The position numbers and the translations under genes were made by a program. DNA of 64,000 bases, taken from the IMG/VR virus record IMGVR_UViG_3300018878_000143; one strand, given 5' to 3'. Below the pieces are notes generated by a model, which worked only from the letters and a program-made list of their open reading frames with translations, made no database searches and was not told where the DNA came from. Positions 1-10,400 of this stretch are shown here, piece after piece. Position 1 is the first letter of the stretch, and every line of letters starts with the position of its first letter. Origin of the DNA: an uncultured virus (IMG/VR IMGVR_UViG_3300018878_000143) (taxonomy: Duplodnaviria; Heunggongvirae; Uroviricota; Caudoviricetes).

Positions 1-39
1 GAAGCTTAAGTAAAAATCTGATAAAGGAGGAAAATTACA

Positions 40-1053
40 ATGGCTGATATGAATGAAATTGTCAGAGTTGCTATTGATGCTTATCATGGCACTCCTACCA
101 AGTATAGTGTCAGTGAGTCTATGGACACACTGCGCCAGGCACTGGTGGCTGCAAATAACGGCTCCACTACTCTAAATTACAAAGATATCCGCGACGGTAA
201 GTGCGCCGGTCTGTTTACTCTAGTCGAAGAGATTCTGACTCGGACCATCGTCGAAGGTTTCCAGGGCGACGAATACTTTAACGCTCTGATTGACTTCCGT
301 AACATCGCTCTTGGCGACAAGAATATCTTTAAAGTCGAGGACTGCGATCTGTTTGTGGTCTCCGATGCTGCTGATGGTACTCAGGGCATCCGTCGTCAGA
401 GACTGGGCGGCGTCAGCGAAACCTCTATTCCCACTTCCTTCAAGGTTGTGCGTATCTATGAGGAGCTGAACCGTGTTCTGTCCGGTCAAGTTGACTTTAA
501 CTACTTCATTAACAAGGTCGCAGAGTCCTTCCGCAAGAAGCTGCTGGACGATGCTTATGCTCTGTGGAGCACTGCAACTGCCGATGACTTTGGTGGTGCT
601 ACTTACTTCCCTGCGGCTGGTGCATACGATGAAGATACACTGCTTGACCTGATCGCTCATGTCGAAGCTGCTGCCGGCGGCAAGCCTGCCACCATTATTG
701 GTACCAAGAAGGCAATTCGCAACCTGAAGGAATCCATTCAGTCCGATGGTGCTAAGGACGAACTGCACAACATGGGCTACTACGGCAAGTTCTATGGAAC
801 TCCTGTTGTTGTGACTCCTCAGCGTCATAAGGTAAACTCTGTTGAGTTTATCTTCCCCGACAATGTACTGACTGTTATCGCTGGCGATGACAAGCCTATC
901 AAGGTTGTCTATGAAGGTCAGTCCACCGTCCTGCTTGGCGACCCCACTCAGAACCGTGACTTCACTCAGGAATACCTGTATGGCGAAAAGTACGGCATGG
1001 GCATCGTTCTGGCCGGCGGCAATGCGGGCATCGGTCGTTACGAAATTGCGTAA
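40..1053 (+). CDS. Major capsid protein
   Basis: 337 aa, strong AAGGAGG RBS, strongly biased codons, C-terminal features typical of HK97-fold capsids (GYYGKFYGTPVV), first gene of the morphogenesis block, followed by a stem-loop. Confidence 0.75.
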   Translation: MADMNEIVRVAIDAYHGTPTKYSVSESMDTLRQALVAANNGSTTLNYKDIRDGKCAGLFTLVEEILTRTIVEGFQGDEYFNALIDFRNIALGDKNIFKVEDCDLFVVSDAADGTQGIRRQRLGGVSETSIPTSFKVVRIYEELNRVLSGQVDFNYFINKVAESFRKKLLDDAYALWSTATADDFGGATYFPAAGAYDEDTLLDLIAHVEAAAGGKPATIIGTKKAIRNLKESIQSDGAKDELHNMGYYGKFYGTPVVVTPQRHKVNSVEFIFPDNVLTVIAGDDKPIKVVYEGQSTVLLGDPTQNRDFTQEYLYGEKYGMGIVLAGGNAGIGRYEIA

Positions 1054-1066
1054 CTAAATATTTTTT

Positions 1067-1098
1067 GTGGCAGCTCCGTTGTGGGGCTGCCACTTACT
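1067..1098 (+). terminator. Stem-loop after capsid gene (weak terminator or mRNA stabiliser)
   Basis: GTGGCAGCTCC-GTTGT-GGGGCTGCCAC followed by TTACT. Confidence 0.6.
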
Positions 1099-1120
1099 AT
1101 GAATGAAAGGACTATATATT

Positions 1121-1693
1121 ATGGCTACTACAAGTACTAAAGCACGAAAGACTGCAGCAACTTTTGGCGCATCAGAAGCATCTGAAATCGAAGCTGTTGA
1201 ACAGACAGTCGAAACCGTTTCAGATAAAAAGAAATCATACAAGGTAAAGGAGTCTCTCGACCCAAGCATGTATGTAACAGTAAAGAACGGCTTCAACGGA
1301 ACGCTTGTTTATAAGAGTAAGAAAACTGGAGAGCGTTTTGTCTGGGAAGATTTCGGCGATGAACAGGAAATTGAACTGTCTGAACTAAAAGCAGCAAAGA
1401 ATTCTTATAAGACATTCTTTGTAAATAACTGGTTCTTGTTTGATGATCCAGCAATTGTTGAATGGCTTGGGATGGGGCAGTACTACAAATATGCTTTGAA
1501 TTCCGCTTCTTTTGATAAGTTGTTCGAAAAGAGCCCGGCAGAAATCGAAAAGACAGTTAATGGATTGTCTGACGGCCAGAAAAAGTCGGTTGCATTTCGT
1601 GCAAGACAGCTCATCGCAGATGGGACTATTGATTCCATCAAGGTGATTGCTGCTCTGGAAAAAAGTCTATCTGTGGAATTGATTGAACATTAA
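1121..1693 (+). CDS. Hypothetical head-associated protein
   Basis: GAAAGGA RBS before ATG 1121; low-complexity N-terminus; lies directly after capsid gene. Confidence 0.6.
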   Translation: MATTSTKARKTAATFGASEASEIEAVEQTVETVSDKKKSYKVKESLDPSMYVTVKNGFNGTLVYKSKKTGERFVWEDFGDEQEIELSELKAAKNSYKTFFVNNWFLFDDPAIVEWLGMGQYYKYALNSASFDKLFEKSPAEIEKTVNGLSDGQKKSVAFRARQLIADGTIDSIKVIAALEKSLSVELIEH

Positions 1694-1705
1694 TGGAGGT
1701 GTGTT

Positions 1706-2152
1706 ATGAGCATCTCTTACAATTTGTTCAGAGACGCCTTTCTCGATAAGGTAACTGAGTATGATTTTCTTAGATTTGATGACTATGATCGGAATAGTAC
1801 TGTTGACGGATATATGAAAAGAGCTTGCGCTCAGTTTAACCGCATATGTAAGTATGATCTTATAAATGGTGACGATGTTCTGCGCGAACTAATAGCTACA
1901 ATTCCAGAGGATGAAATAGATGAAATTGTAGATATTGTCTCAGAAGGTATGCTTGTTCAGTGGATGAAGCCATATTTCTATCGCGCTGACAATCTGGAAA
2001 ATGTGCTCAATACGGCTGATTTTTCCCAGTACTCCCCTGCTGAGCTGTTGTATCGCATTACAAATGCGTATACCGCAGCAAAGAGAGATTTTAAAAACAT
2101 GATTAAGGATTATTCCTATAATCACGGAGACCTGGGTGATTTATCCTTATGA
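1706..2152 (+). CDS. Putative head-tail adaptor/connector
   Basis: GGAGGT RBS, 148 aa, helical character; function from position only. Confidence 0.45.
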   Translation: MSISYNLFRDAFLDKVTEYDFLRFDDYDRNSTVDGYMKRACAQFNRICKYDLINGDDVLRELIATIPEDEIDEIVDIVSEGMLVQWMKPYFYRADNLENVLNTADFSQYSPAELLYRITNAYTAAKRDFKNMIKDYSYNHGDLGDLSL

Positions 2153-2478
2153 AGACAGTAAACAACTATGATATTCCAACAGAAATGGTTGGCAACTATT
2201 TATCTGGGCTTGTAAATCAATTTTTTAAAATTCTTCCTATCAAAGAGAGTGGAGAACCCTCTTTGAAAGAATTTATGTGCAGCCTGCAGGCAGAACTCCT
2301 TGGATGCAAAGGGTTGATGGTCGATCTCAATAATGATTCTATGTATATGAGCCTACTTTCTATTCTACAGTATTTAATTGAAACCGACTGTGATACTCCA
2401 ATCGTAAAGCGAGAGGTGTTTAAGGCAATTTCTATCTGTAAAAAACTGCAAATGAAATATTGTGGAAAAGGAGTGTGA
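2149..2478 (+). CDS. Hypothetical morphogenesis protein
   Basis: ATGA-coupled to the upstream gene, 109 aa. Confidence 0.6.
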   Translation: MKTVNNYDIPTEMVGNYLSGLVNQFFKILPIKESGEPSLKEFMCSLQAELLGCKGLMVDLNNDSMYMSLLSILQYLIETDCDTPIVKREVFKAISICKKLQMKYCGKGV

Positions 2479-2483
2479 TCCAT

Positions 2484-3299
2484 ATGTGTGGTTGGAGCAC
2501 TTATGAAGCAAGACTCGGAGTGTCCGGATCTTCAGAAAATGATCCTCAAAGAGATTCTACATATAATCACACTCAAAGTCGATTGCTCCGCAAACTCGTT
2601 TCTTCATTGTCATATAAAAGAGTTTCGATAGCAAACAAGGATCAAGAAGTTGCAATCACTGATGTAGCAGACGACTTTAATACAAAAAAGATTTTTTCGC
2701 TCCCTGGAGAGGAGCTTCCACACGGGGCATTGGTATTGTGGGCAGATTCCACTTGGCTTATTACAGAAGTGAATGCCCATAAAGAATTATATACCGAGGG
2801 TAAAATGCGTAGATGTAACTACTATCTCAAATGGATTGATGACAATGGTAATTTGGTTTGTCGCTGGTCTGTTGTAGAGGATGGTACTAAGTATCTAATT
2901 GGTGAAAAACAAAGCGATATGATGGCAATCGGCGATGCCAGAATTGCTGTCACAATTGGTAAAGATGAAGACACTTGCAAGCTCAATCGTGGTCGGCGTT
3001 TTTTGATTGACGATATGGATTCAGCGGAAGTTCTGGCTTATCAAATTACAAAGCCTAACAAGCTTTACAATGTCTATAACGGGAAAGGCGTTTTCCGATT
3101 TATTTTAAATGAGGTTAATGTAACTGACGATGACAATGTGGAGCTTCGTATTGCGGACTACTACAATTGGGCGCCAAAAACAGACAAACATATTCCAGAC
3201 AATCAGACAAACGCCTCATTGGAACAAATCGTTTCTGATGCAAAGGAACGTCAAGAAAACATGTCCACAACGATTGATAACAGAAAGGTGTGGTTGTAA
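2484..3299 (+). CDS. Putative head closure / head-tail joining protein
   Basis: AAGGAG RBS before ATG 2484; beta-rich; function from synteny. Confidence 0.45.
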   Translation: MCGWSTYEARLGVSGSSENDPQRDSTYNHTQSRLLRKLVSSLSYKRVSIANKDQEVAITDVADDFNTKKIFSLPGEELPHGALVLWADSTWLITEVNAHKELYTEGKMRRCNYYLKWIDDNGNLVCRWSVVEDGTKYLIGEKQSDMMAIGDARIAVTIGKDEDTCKLNRGRRFLIDDMDSAEVLAYQITKPNKLYNVYNGKGVFRFILNEVNVTDDDNVELRIADYYNWAPKTDKHIPDNQTNASLEQIVSDAKERQENMSTTIDNRKVWL

Positions 3300-3301
3300 T
3301 A

Positions 3302-3802
3302 ATGTTTCTCGATGAATTCTTTGATTATAAAAACGAACTAATGAAGATGCTTTGTTGTAATTCTGAAATTGTTCGGTTGGTTACAGACAGCAAAAAAGCG
3401 CCTGTTCCAAATTACAATCTTGCATACACCCAGATTTACCCCTTTGAATTTGTGCCGGAAACAGTGGATGACGGCACAACTTTTATTTGCTTTGATGTTG
3501 ATATCGCAGAAGTTGTGGACAAGACATATTATGTCCCTGTTCTGTATGTGTGGATTTTCACACATAAAAGCAAGATGCGTTTGAGTGAAGGTGGCATTCG
3601 AACAGATCAAATTGCAGTTGAGATTAATAAAGAATTAAACGGGAGCAGATATTTTGGTTTAGGTGAACTGGATCTGTACTCAGTGAGTAGGTTTTCTCCA
3701 ATTACAGACTATCAAGGAAGAGTTCTGACTTATTATGCCAAGGACTTTAATCGTCTAAATTCAACCAAGAAGCCTCCGGCAAACAGGAAGCAGCGTGGCT
3801 AA
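3302..3802 (+). CDS. Putative tail terminator/completion protein
   Basis: About 166 aa; lies before the tail tube gene; function from synteny. Confidence 0.45.
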   Translation: MFLDEFFDYKNELMKMLCCNSEIVRLVTDSKKAPVPNYNLAYTQIYPFEFVPETVDDGTTFICFDVDIAEVVDKTYYVPVLYVWIFTHKSKMRLSEGGIRTDQIAVEINKELNGSRYFGLGELDLYSVSRFSPITDYQGRVLTYYAKDFNRLNSTKKPPANRKQRG

Positions 3803-4508
3803 AGGATATCTTTATGCTCGCGACTACCCTGTAAACGATAAAATCTCTATTGCTATCCCAACTGTCGGGGAAATTTTAGAAGATGAGCGCGCATATTACA
3901 ACTTAATAATGGCCGTAACAGCAACGCCATCTGATTTCATGGTACAACTTGATGAAGCCAAAATCGATTTTTCTAAAATTTCTGCGTTTGACATGTTTGT
4001 AATGTTGTTTGATGGATTGAAATCTGTCGACACTCACCTTGTGTTTGGCGACCTCGATCTCTCAAAATTTAAGGTTGCCGTCAACACTCAAAACGGAACA
4101 ATTGTTCTGAGGGATGAAGACAATGATATTACAATCGACAGAGCAATTCACGACCAGATTTGCAGGGTGATACGAAAGATCAACCACCTTGAAAAAAATG
4201 ATCGAAAACCGGCCAACGAAGAGGCCAAAAAATACATGATTGAGCGCGCAAAAATTAAGCAACTCAGAGCTTCAAGAAAACCATGGGTATCTCAGTTAGA
4301 GGATTTAATTGTTGCGATGGTAAACACAGAGCATTACAAGTATGGATACGAAGAAACTCTTAGTCTTACGATATATCAGTTCAATGCCAGCGTTTATCAA
4401 ATCATCAAGAAAGTTAACTATGACGATATCATGATTGGCTGTTATGCGGGCACGATCAATATGAAAGAAATAAGTCAGGATCAACTGAACTGGCTAACAT
4501 CAAAATAG
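3795..4508 (+). CDS. Hypothetical tail-region protein (possible assembly chaperone)
   Basis: 237 aa, GTG start overlapping the upstream gene; C-terminal YEETLSLTIYQF resembles tail chaperone ends. Confidence 0.45.
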   Translation: MAKGYLYARDYPVNDKISIAIPTVGEILEDERAYYNLIMAVTATPSDFMVQLDEAKIDFSKISAFDMFVMLFDGLKSVDTHLVFGDLDLSKFKVAVNTQNGTIVLRDEDNDITIDRAIHDQICRVIRKINHLEKNDRKPANEEAKKYMIERAKIKQLRASRKPWVSQLEDLIVAMVNTEHYKYGYEETLSLTIYQFNASVYQIIKKVNYDDIMIGCYAGTINMKEISQDQLNWLTSK

Positions 4509-4521
4509 GAGGATGAAAACA

Positions 4522-5319
4522 ATGGTTAATGTTAACGATATTACCATTACCAGTCTTGAGACCATTTCTGCGTTTGACATTGTTACTGGCGCATTTAAGT
4601 GGGTTCTCGACGAGCTGCAGAACGCAACTATCGCAAACACTCAGGAAACCACTGATATTACCGGTAAGCAGGGTCGTTTGCTGAATACGCTGAAGCGCAA
4701 TAAGGCTGTTACTGTTAGTGGCAACAATGGCCTGATTTCTGGCGGTCTGCTGTCTACTCAGGTTGGTAAGGAGTTTGAAAACAAAGCAACTTCCGTTATG
4801 TATCCCGACTACATTACCGTTTCCGGTAATTCTGCAACCACAACTTACAAGGCCACTGGCACTGCCGGCAATGAGATTGAAGCTGTCTATGTGCGCAATG
4901 CTAATGGTACTCTGGGTAAAATTCTGACCCAGGACGCTACTGCAGCTGATGACACCTTTACATATGACGCAACTAGCAAGAAGCTGACCTTTGCAGAGGG
5001 TAAAATTGCAGATGGTACCGAGATTGCAGTGTACTACTTCCGCAAGATTCAGGCGGATGTTCTGGAAAACCTCTCCGACAATTATTCCGAGAAGGTCGCT
5101 CTGTATATCGACGCCTTTGCCGAAGACAAGTGTGGCAATGTGTATCGCGTGCAGTTCCATATTCCCAAGGCTGATTTTAACGGCAATTTCGACATCCAGA
5201 TGGGCGACAGTCAGAGCGTTCACGCCTTCGAGGCTCGTTCTCTGGCAGGTGCTTGCGGCACCAGCGGCGCTCTGTGGACTTATACCATCTTTGGAGAAAA
5301 TGCAACGGATGCTGCGTAA
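4522..5319 (+). CDS. Major tail tube protein
   Basis: AGGAGG RBS, Thr/Gly/Ala-rich beta protein with codon bias like the capsid gene, upstream of the tape measure. Confidence 0.7.
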   Translation: MVNVNDITITSLETISAFDIVTGAFKWVLDELQNATIANTQETTDITGKQGRLLNTLKRNKAVTVSGNNGLISGGLLSTQVGKEFENKATSVMYPDYITVSGNSATTTYKATGTAGNEIEAVYVRNANGTLGKILTQDATAADDTFTYDATSKKLTFAEGKIADGTEIAVYYFRKIQADVLENLSDNYSEKVALYIDAFAEDKCGNVYRVQFHIPKADFNGNFDIQMGDSQSVHAFEARSLAGACGTSGALWTYTIFGENATDAA

Positions 5320-5335
5320 TTAAGAGGTGATTTAG

Positions 5336-5599
5336 ATGTCGAAGCAGACAAAAACTTGCCGAGTATGTGGAACTACTTACGATGCATGTAATAGCGTCAG
5401 AACCGGAAGCAGCACCTTTAACTGGCGTGAGGTGGCGTGTTCTCCAGAATGCGGCGCCGTTTATCTTGAAAGAATAATAGCTTCAAGAAGCACATCTGAA
5501 GAACCAAAGGCTAAGAAAAAGGCAAAGACAACTGTTTCTAAGAATATTCCTGTAGCACAGGATGCCATTGTAGAAAATACCACTAAGGTATCTGAATAG
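5336..5599 (+). CDS. Small Cys-rich (zinc-binding) protein
   Basis: CRVC...C...CSPEC motif and Lys-rich tail; GAGGTG RBS. Confidence 0.6.
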   Translation: MSKQTKTCRVCGTTYDACNSVRTGSSTFNWREVACSPECGAVYLERIIASRSTSEEPKAKKKAKTTVSKNIPVAQDAIVENTTKVSE

Positions 5600-5638
5600 G
5601 CGTTTTATCTAAGGAGATTATCATCTCAAATTAATATG

Positions 5639-5684
5639 GGGAGGCGGAGAAAAACTATAGTTCTCCCCTCCCTTTTCTTTTTTT
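5639..5684 (+). terminator. Intrinsic terminator
   Basis: GGGAGGCGGAGAA...TTCTCCCCTCCC stem followed by TTTTCTTTTTTT. Confidence 0.75.
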
Positions 5685-5695
5685 ACGGATGGTGA

Positions 5696-6253
5696 TTGAG
5701 TCTGAATATTTTAGCAATAGACCAAGCACGAAATGGCGCTTGGTCTGTATTTGATTACGAAAAAAAAGAACTGGTCGGATATGGCACATTTTCATTCGAT
5801 AATAAAAAGTATACATATGCAAAGGCAATTATGCACATTGAAGAGTTAATCTCAACTGTATTGAAAGCATATGACATATCCGCAGTATTTGTTGAGGACA
5901 TCAACCTTCGGGCAAATGTCCAGGCATTCAAGAGGCTGGCACAGCTTCAGGGCGTACTCGTAAATTTTTTTGAAAAGAACGAATACTTGTATGGTTTTAT
6001 CGCCCCAACGCAGTGGCAAAACTTTTGTCGAGCACGAGGTCGAAACTCAAAAGAGGTCAAATCACAGGTGCTCTCTATAAATGAAACTAATAAGAAGGAA
6101 TCTAAAGTCCTATCTATTCAATTTGTAAAAGACCAGTTTGGTATTGAAACAGAAAATGATAATCTGGCCGATGCAATTTGTATTGGTCACTATATTACCA
6201 ATATGGTCGAGATCGTAAACACGAAGGCCGAAAAGTCGGCTAAACAGAAATAA
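5696..6253 (+). CDS. RuvC-like Holliday junction resolvase
   Basis: RNase H/RuvC acidic motifs ILAIDQ, VFVED, PTQW, DNLADAICIG. Confidence 0.8.
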   Translation: MSLNILAIDQARNGAWSVFDYEKKELVGYGTFSFDNKKYTYAKAIMHIEELISTVLKAYDISAVFVEDINLRANVQAFKRLAQLQGVLVNFFEKNEYLYGFIAPTQWQNFCRARGRNSKEVKSQVLSINETNKKESKVLSIQFVKDQFGIETENDNLADAICIGHYITNMVEIVNTKAEKSAKQK

Positions 6254-6267
6254 AGGAGAATTTAATT

Positions 6268-6921
6268 ATGGCAAAGAAAGATGTTCGCATTTCTATTAAC
6301 AAGCTTGAAAGCACCTTACAGGACAATATCATTGTTGTCCCTATGGATGGAGTTGATGGAGTTGACATTGTAATTCGCAAAACGCTTCCCTTAAAGGATA
6401 TGATGCAGTTCGTAGAAGATGTTGTTTCTTCCTGTGTTGATATGGCTGGATCATATACCCCTGAAATTAAAGAGTTTGTTATTAAGTCATCCATTTTAAC
6501 TACTTATGCCAATTTTAATCTTCCTTCTAGTGCTGAAAAACAGTATGCACTACTGTACGGAACACGGGCATTAGAACAAGTGATGGAGCACATTAATCAT
6601 TCTCAGCTTGATGAAATCAGAGAAGCAATTGATGCTCGTATCGACCACACTGTAAAGATGTTGGAAAGCACCGTAGCAATTAAAACCAACGAACTAATTC
6701 ACAACATTGAGGTTTTGGCAAAGCAGTTTACCGATATGTTTGACGGCATTTCCGGAGAAGAAATCGGAAATGTAATGCGTGGATTGAGTGGCATGAAAAA
6801 TATGACTGAAGAGGCGTTGGTTAAGGCTGTGTTTGAGGCGCAAGGAAAAACTACGCAGGCTTCAGATGCGCCCACAACCAACACTAATGTAATTCCATTT
6901 CCTACAGGTGAAGAAAAGTAA
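6268..6921 (+). CDS. Hypothetical protein (tail region)
   Basis: AAGGAG RBS, 217 aa. Confidence 0.65.
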   Translation: MAKKDVRISINKLESTLQDNIIVVPMDGVDGVDIVIRKTLPLKDMMQFVEDVVSSCVDMAGSYTPEIKEFVIKSSILTTYANFNLPSSAEKQYALLYGTRALEQVMEHINHSQLDEIREAIDARIDHTVKMLESTVAIKTNELIHNIEVLAKQFTDMFDGISGEEIGNVMRGLSGMKNMTEEALVKAVFEAQGKTTQASDAPTTNTNVIPFPTGEEK

Positions 6922-6939
6922 ATAACGGGAGGGTCTTTT

Positions 6940-7413
6940 GTGTCAAGCATGAACTGTGAAAATTGGGAGCAGTTAACTAATGCTGCTCAGCAAAAATGCA
7001 TCCAAATATTAGATAAGAAGATTGCACCGATTGCTAAAGAAATCGTGCTTAAACATATTGTTAGCGATATTTATGGTGCATACACTCCAAAAGAGAATGG
7101 TTGGGTTACAAAAAATGGAAGCCGCACCACCTATCGACGCAGACATTTGCTTGACAGCAAAGGAAACATCTATCATGAATTTATTTCCGGAGATGAAATT
7201 ATAATCACAAGCAGAGTAACCGCGTCCCCTGCAATCGCAAAGGGTTGGAGCTTTCATAATCGATATCCCGGTGCTTTCCTAAAACTATTGGAAAGTGGAA
7301 ATATGGGATTGTGGCGCGGCGGTTTTGCTCGGCCAGCAATTGGCAACGCACAAAAGGAGATTAATACAAGCTCCAGAATTAACGATTTGATTCGGTTGGA
7401 GCTTAATAAGTGA
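6940..7413 (+). CDS. Hypothetical tail-completion-like protein
   Basis: GGGAGG RBS, GTG start; TYRRR..L and ARPAI segments resemble HK97 gp10-like neck proteins. Confidence 0.45.
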   Translation: MSSMNCENWEQLTNAAQQKCIQILDKKIAPIAKEIVLKHIVSDIYGAYTPKENGWVTKNGSRTTYRRRHLLDSKGNIYHEFISGDEIIITSRVTASPAIAKGWSFHNRYPGAFLKLLESGNMGLWRGGFARPAIGNAQKEINTSSRINDLIRLELNK

Positions 7414-7419
7414 TTTTGT

Positions 7420-7450
7420 ACGGGTAAGCAATTTTGCTTGCCCGTTTTTT
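7420..7450 (+). terminator. Intrinsic terminator directly upstream of the tape measure RBS
   Basis: ACGGGTAAGCA-ATTT-TGCTTGCCCGT followed by TTTTT. Confidence 0.7.
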
Positions 7451-7466
7451 AAAGGACGGTGATAAA

Positions 7467-10400
7467 ATGGCAGGTTTTGGCGCAAAGGTCAAACTTACTG
7501 TTGATCGGTCTTCTGCTGCCAAGGCGGAGTTTAACCAACAAATCAACACCCTAATCAAACAAATTAAAATCAGCAATAAGTTTACTGTTCTGCAGAAAGA
7601 TATGGATCGCGTCAGAAAAGATGCGCAGATCATGCTTAACAAGGCACCGATCAGAATTAACAAAATCGACTGCAGTGGCGCAATGGCAGGTTTGCGTAGA
7701 GATCTACAAAGCATAATTAATTCCCTGAGCATTTCAAACGGAGTTACAATTACGGGCTTAGTTGATCCATCTGGTGTTGGATCACTAAAAACAGATCTCA
7801 CAAGTGTAAATGATGCAATTGCGGATGGCTCAAATAAAGCTGATCAATTTAATGCCAGAATAAGTGTTCTAAAAGAAACAATGCGATCTTTGGCTACGGT
7901 GTATCAAAGTGCTATGCCCGGCAAAAAGAACGGCGTTACAAATGAAGCACTTATTGCTGAACTAAATACTATAACTGCAAAATATACAGAGCTTAAAACA
8001 AAAATTGAGGCAGTTAATTCTTCTAAACATAAAGATATTGGATATGTAGAAGCACTTCAGCAAGAAGCGGTTGCGCTTCAGGCAGAGATTGCTGCGCTCC
8101 AACAGAAACAAATCGAGCTCACTAAAGAAGCGGCACAAAAAGACAGAAGTACAGCCGAAACAAAAGAACTAACTATTGGCTCTTTAGAATACAATAACGC
8201 AATAAAACAGGCGACAGACTTACTTGTTCGTGTCCGTAAAGCACAGGAAGACTGGACAAAGGCCAAGAATGGCCAATCAAGTGCTGAATACGCAAAACTT
8301 GCAACGTATGATCAAAGTTTAAATCAGCTTATAACCGATCTGCAAAGAGGCGGAATGTCGATAGATGACTTTAAGGCAAGGCTATCTTCAATTAACAGTA
8401 ATTTTACAACTACGGCGTCAGCAATTAGACAGTGCTCAGAAAACACAAAATCGTTTGCCGATAGGTTTGGTGGACTAGCATCTAAATTCGCATCTTGGCT
8501 TACTGTTTCCCAAGTTATAATGATGTTGTATCGCGCCTTAAGGCGAATGGTTACTGCTGTAATAGATGTAGACACTGCTATGACCGAGTTGCGCAAAGTT
8601 ACAAATGAGACAGATGCTGCTTATGAAAAGTTTCTCGACAATGCTGGGGATAGAGCTAAGAAGCTTGGTGCAACAATTTCTGATACCGTCAGTGCAACTG
8701 CTGACTTTGCAAGATTGGGCCACGGGATTGAAGATGCAGCTGTTCTTGCAGATGCAGCTATTGTTTATAAAAATATCGGCGATGGTATAGAAGATATTTC
8801 ACAAGCATCTGAAAGTATTATTTCTACGATGCAGGCATTTGGGATTGAAGCAAGCAATGTAATGACAATTGTGGATAAATTTAACCACATTGGCAACAAT
8901 TTTGCGATCAGCTCTGCCGGCATCGGCGATGCTCTTTTAAATTCTGCAGCGTCATTGCATGCCGCTGGTAATACTCTTGACGAAAGTATTGCTTTGATTG
9001 CGGCAGCAAACGAAGTTATTCAGAACCCTGAAAAAGTCGGCACCGCACTGAAAACAATGTCCATGTATATTCGCGCCTCAAAAACAGAGGCTGAGGAAGC
9101 TGGCATTGCAACAGATGGCATGGCCAACAGCGTGTCTGAATTGAGACAAGAAATTCTTGATCTGACAGGAAATAGAGTTGACATCATGGTTGATGACAAC
9201 ACTTTTAAGAGCACTGTAGAAATTATAGGGGAATTAGCAAAAGTTTGGGACTCATTAACAGACACATCTCGAACAAACATCACTGAGTTGATTGGTGGCG
9301 GCGTTAGAAATGCCAATGTTATTAATGCACTTATTTCAAACTATGAAACTGTCGAAGAGGTTCTAATCGCCGCAGCAGGTGCTTCCGGTTCTGCTATGAA
9401 GGAAAATGAAAAACAGCTTGATAGTATTCAAGGCAAAATAAATCAGTTCAAAGCAACATTCCAAGACTTTTCACTGAACTTCATTGAAGCCGAAACTGTT
9501 AAAATTGTTGTGGATTTCGGCACGGCATTGATGAGTGCTGCATCAGCAATGGCAAAGATTGATTTATTCCTACCCACAATTATTGCTGCTGTTGTTGCAT
9601 TTAAATCATATCAAAAAGCAAAAGCTGCTGCGTTAGTAACATCTGCAGAGAACGCTGCTGTAGCATCTTTGACACAGAGAATTATGGCTGAAAAAGGTGT
9701 TAATGACGCTATGGTTATTTCATATCAGGCGCTTAATACAGAAAAGCAAAAGGCAGTTCTGACAAATTTGACTTTGGCACTTTCCGAGGGGACATTGACC
9801 AAAGAAGACTATAGAAATATAGTCGCTAAGCTTGGTTATACTTCTGCGACCATGGGCGCAAAAACTGCAACTGATGCATTAAACCTAAGTATCAAGTCGT
9901 TACTAGCATCTAATCCAGTGGGATGGATTATACTTTTAATCAGTTTAATTCCAACATTTATTAACTGGATTTCTGGAAGCGAAGAATCCGTTGAGGGCTT
10001 GGCCGAAGAAACAGACGAAGCTTCTCAGAAAATCAAGAGTCTTGCCGATTCTGCAGCAGATAGCTCAAAAACTATATCTGACTTGGCATTTGGCTATCTT
10101 GATGCAAGTAATAAACTAAACGACCTTACTGGAACTTTAGACGAATGTATACAGGCTAGAGAAGATTTGATTGATGGATTAAAAATTGAACAAGATGAGC
10201 TACAAAAACTGATTGATAAATATGGTAGTTATGATAAAGCAGTTGCAAGTGTGTCGGTATCCAAACTTGCAAATGACGAGATAGACCTTCGTGGTGGCTA
10301 TAATGAAGCCGTAAATTTTTTCAACGATACACAGCCAGCATATCATGTAGGCAGCTACAACGAAGCAACTTCAGGCTTTGCGGTCACAAAAGGTTCGGAC

